Assembly (NCBI GenBank): GCA_046563655.1
Contig: CM102287.1
Coordinates: forward strand, 1,240,001 to 1,304,000
Source of the DNA: Yuukianura sp. NJ FZ-2021
Taxonomy: Eukaryota
Length of the DNA: 64,000 bases
Direction: 5' to 3'
The notes beneath the pieces are model-generated. The model worked only from the letters and a program-made list of their open reading frames with translations. It was not told the origin of the DNA and ran no database searches. Shown here in pieces: positions 60,781 through 64,000 of the stretch (the first letter of the stretch is position 1; every line of letters begins with the position of its first letter). Position numbers and translations under genes: made by a program.

Positions 60781-62681
60781 TTTGTGGTGACCCTCGGAGC
60801 AAACTTGGAGTTGTTGGATCCACGCAGCCTTGGAGGATCGTTCTGGAAGGATCACTGGACATCACTTATAAACAACAGTATACGTAGAGGCGACCACTGC
60901 CGGAGTGTGGTTAAGCAAGGTGATTGTCGCTCCAGTGACGATTGTTAGTATTCTTACTAATTTTGGTATTTTGTTGAATCTTGTTTTGAGACATGGATCG
61001 AGCCAAGAGAGCACGAGACATGAAAAGACTGGATGTTGCGGATCTTACTGCAAATTTAGAATCCGAACTCCAGAGGGAATCGATTTCCGAAGATGACGTC
61101 ATCGCTGCAGTGTCAATGCTAGATGACGCAATGAACTCGTTGGTGGATCTGAATGAACAAGTGGAGACTTTTCTTTTGGATGATGAGTCGACTTCGACCG
61201 AGATGTTGGATACGGAGCGTCGTGCCAACAATGACATCAAAAGAAGAGCCACTTTGATGAAGATTAAGGCAGAACGGACACTGCATCCGCCAGTCAAGTC
61301 ACAGAATCGTTCGTCAAATGATGATGGCGCATCGTCCACCAGCCGACACAGAAAGATGAAGTTACCAAAGACAGAGTTACGTAAGTACTCTGGAGAACTG
61401 GTCGACTGGATTGGGTGGTGGTCACAATTCAAGAAGATTGACGACGATGACGAAATACACGTTGTGGACAAGTTCGGTTATCTCGTTCAATGCATGGTGC
61501 GAGGATCCAAGGCAGAGGAAGTAGTCAAGCGGTACCCAGAGTCGGCCGAGAACTACCCAAAGGCTTTGGAGGCACTGAAAGAGAGGTTCGGGAATCCGAA
61601 ACTGCTGAAACAAGTGTATGTTCGAGAATTAATGAAGTTGATGTGGGACACTTGGGCGAAGGAGAAGAAGCCATTGGACATCCTTTACGGAAAATTAGAA
61701 GCTTCTCTTCAGTCTCTACAGTCCCTTGGTGTAAGTGTTGACAACATGGTTGAACTGTTGTTTCCTATGGTGGAATCCTGCTTGCCGGAGGACATTTTGG
61801 TTGCATGGCAACGAAGTTCCGACTTTGGGCGTGATGGGTCCAAGGAGAACCCACCAAAGAGTGAACTTGATTTCCTACTGGCATTTCTCAAGAGAGAAGC
61901 GGGCAACAAGGAACAACGGGCACTTACTCAGATTGGTTTCGGACCTGGTCCTAGCCAAAAGAAGAAAAGTCACAACAGTCCCAGAGAAGAAGAAGATGTG
62001 CCCACAGCGGCTGGACTGTTCAGTGGACAATTTGAAAACAAAGAGAGAAGCCAGTGTTTGTTCTGTGAGAAGCAGCATCCCTCTAAAGAGTGCTTCAAGG
62101 CACAGAAGATGACATTAGAAGACAGAAAGGAAGTCATCAAGAAGAAGGGTGTTTGTTTTTCGTGTTTAAAAGGCGGACATAGGGCTAATAAGTGTCGTAG
62201 TACTCCTCAGTGCCTTGTCTGCGGTAAGAAGCATTTGGTTCTACTCTGCCCCCAGATCTCATCGTCATCCAAAGGTTCCAGTGATGGAAAAGACAAAGAT
62301 GATGGGAAGAAAAATCAGACTGTGCTCTCAAGTCTCAACTGTACCAGCGAAGTCGTACTCCAGACGCTGATCGTGCAGTTGGAGAATCCAGTGAGCCATA
62401 AGAAGAAGAACGTTCGTGTTCTACTCGACTGCGGGAGTCAGAAGTCATACATCCTAGATTGTACGGCCAAGGAGCTGGATCTGGATCAGAAGGACACCGT
62501 GGTCATGAATCATTCATTGTTTGGAGGGACAAATGTCGTAGGGAATAAGCATTCAATCTACAAGGTTCTAATCGGCAGTGTTTATTCTAAGTTTTCAGTT
62601 CGTCTCCTTCTCCTGGACCAGCATCAGATCTGCGGAGCAATTCCGAGAATTACGCCTGGCCCATGGATGAAGATGCTCAGA
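60276..62681 (+). mobile_element. 3'-truncated sister copy of BEL/Pao A (LTR, PBS, gag, protease)
   Basis: LTR, PBS and leader are homologous to 14946-15651. Homology to family A ends abruptly at ...GATGCTCAGA (62681). Confidence 0.95.
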
Positions 62682-62699
62682 AGCTATACTGAGTGGTAG
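60993..62699 (+). pseudogene. Truncated BEL/Pao Gag-protease, 568 aa; the last few codons come from the interrupting sequence
   Basis: Nearly identical to aa ~102-563 of the 1779-aa ORF. Confidence 0.93.
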
Positions 62700-64000
62700 A
62701 GAAATTGTCGTGTTTTCAAAATGGCCGCCGTCCTTATCAGCTATTGCATCTGCATAAGACGTTTTTTGCTCATGCGCAAAAAACGTTTTTTTGCGCATGA
62801 CGTCATCACCCCCCCACTTCCGCACCCCCCATACCCCCCACTATATATCCCTCCCCCCTATATCCCCCCCCCCTCACGTGACCCCGCCCCACATACAAAA
62901 AAAAATACAACTGAAAATTTTGGCAACAATGGAAATTTGACAACAATGTATTTTTTTGAAATTTTTAAAGTAAAAAATATTTTGAAAAAAAATATTTTTT
63001 TTTTAAATTTTAAAATTGAAAAAAAAAAATTAAATTAAAAATTCAAATTTCTAAAAAACAAAAGTTCCCCAGATTACCCCAACCCCAAATTTCAAGGTCA
63101 CGCCAATTTTTTCAAGGTCATGCGCGCCCTTTGCATTGGCATATGCATTTGTTTAAGGTCATGCGCGCCCATTTGCAATTTCATGTAAATTGTTCAAGGT
63201 CATTTCAATTTTTTTCAACGTCAGGAGAGCATTTTGAAATTACAAAGTCCCGGGAACCCTTTGCTGGGATCCCGGGACAAAGATCAAGTATGGTGCATGG
63301 GCGGTACATTCGGCTGGTCAGAGGATTAGTGGGGTGCCACTCGGCCACTGCCAAAACAGACCGCAAACCACTTCCGGTTTGCCTGCCAAAGCAAACCGCA
63401 AACCACTTCCGGTCAACTTGCCCGTGCACATGCACGTACAAATCCACTTGAATTTTCACTTGGTTTGCAAAACAACGTCAAGGTCAAAGGTCAAACCGAG
63501 TGACGCGTCAGTGCTAGACGCGTCACAATAGGTCTAATAGACTTGTCACTACGCTCGGGTGCGTGGCTAGCCGCCGGACTCTTGAGCCAATCAGCCTTGA
63601 GCATTTCAAAAGTGGGCGTGGCTCGAGGAAATGGAGACATTTGATTGGTCGAGACTTGCCGCTACACTGGGGGGTGTGGCCAACTCTGGCCAATGTGCGT
63701 TTACCATTTCAAAAAGGGGAGTGGCCTCAGAAAATGGAGACATTTGATTGGTCGACAACACGCGAGCGCACAATATAGTATTGCCATTTCCTGCTTAAAC
63801 TCAAACAAGTCGCCCGGGCGGACTGTTTATACACAAAATGGTCATGCTTACTTGTCGGTGGTTACATTGCGACTGTCCCATCTCCACCCCTTGCCACGCG
63901 ACCCCTGCAGTTTTTGCAGTTTTTTACGGTGACGTCATCGGCTGTGCCTATATAAGGCCGTGACGTTGCCACAAGCGGCTCAGTGTTTCACTAGCTTCTG
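62682..64000 (+). mobile_element. Unidentified insertion or terminus, possibly a Maverick/Polinton-like terminal repeat
   Basis: Breaks the BEL ORF, has AGTGGTAGAG at 62692, is non-coding, and is packed with palindromes and transcription-factor motifs. The other end is not in the window. Confidence 0.35.
63930..63985 (+). promoter_or_regulatory. Pol II core promoter: CRE, TATA box and TCAGT initiator
   Basis: TGACGTCA at 63930-63937, TATATAA at 63949-63955 and TCAGTG at 63980-63985. The initiator A (63982) is 31 nt from TATAA (63951). Confidence 0.7.

Overview
Eukaryotic, animal-like (probably arthropod) heterochromatin with no host protein-coding genes. It looks like a centromeric or pericentromeric satellite block with nested transposons. 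From left to right: (1) a Ty3/gypsy LTR retrotransposon on the minus strand (1-8492, running off the left edge) with gag, a -1-frameshifted pol carrying a degenerate dUTPase-like domain, and three small hydrophobic ORFs plus two perfect DR4 nuclear-receptor sites in a ~2.2-kb leader; (2) a highly homogeneous ~38-kb satellite of ~155-bp monomers in variable higher-order repeats (388+155n bp, about 62 units; 8493-53046); (3) an intact, very young BEL/Pao element inside it (14946-21715, AAGTC TSD, LTRs differing at 1 of 495 bp); (4) a 100-N scaffold gap; (5) a small Helitron-like piece, the 3' part of a second BEL/Pao family interrupted by a 922-bp foldback/MITE with an 8-bp TSD, an inverted and diverged 156-bp relative of the main satellite, a truncated mosaic sister copy of the first BEL/Pao, and a motif-dense promoter region that may be a Maverick/Polinton terminus. 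The best candidate for an undescribed system is the small-transmembrane-ORF cassette upstream of the gypsy gag, a possible Env-independent cell-to-cell transmission module. The second is a CENP-C-like tail motif on the BEL/Pao integrases. All comparisons were made by eye; no searches were run.
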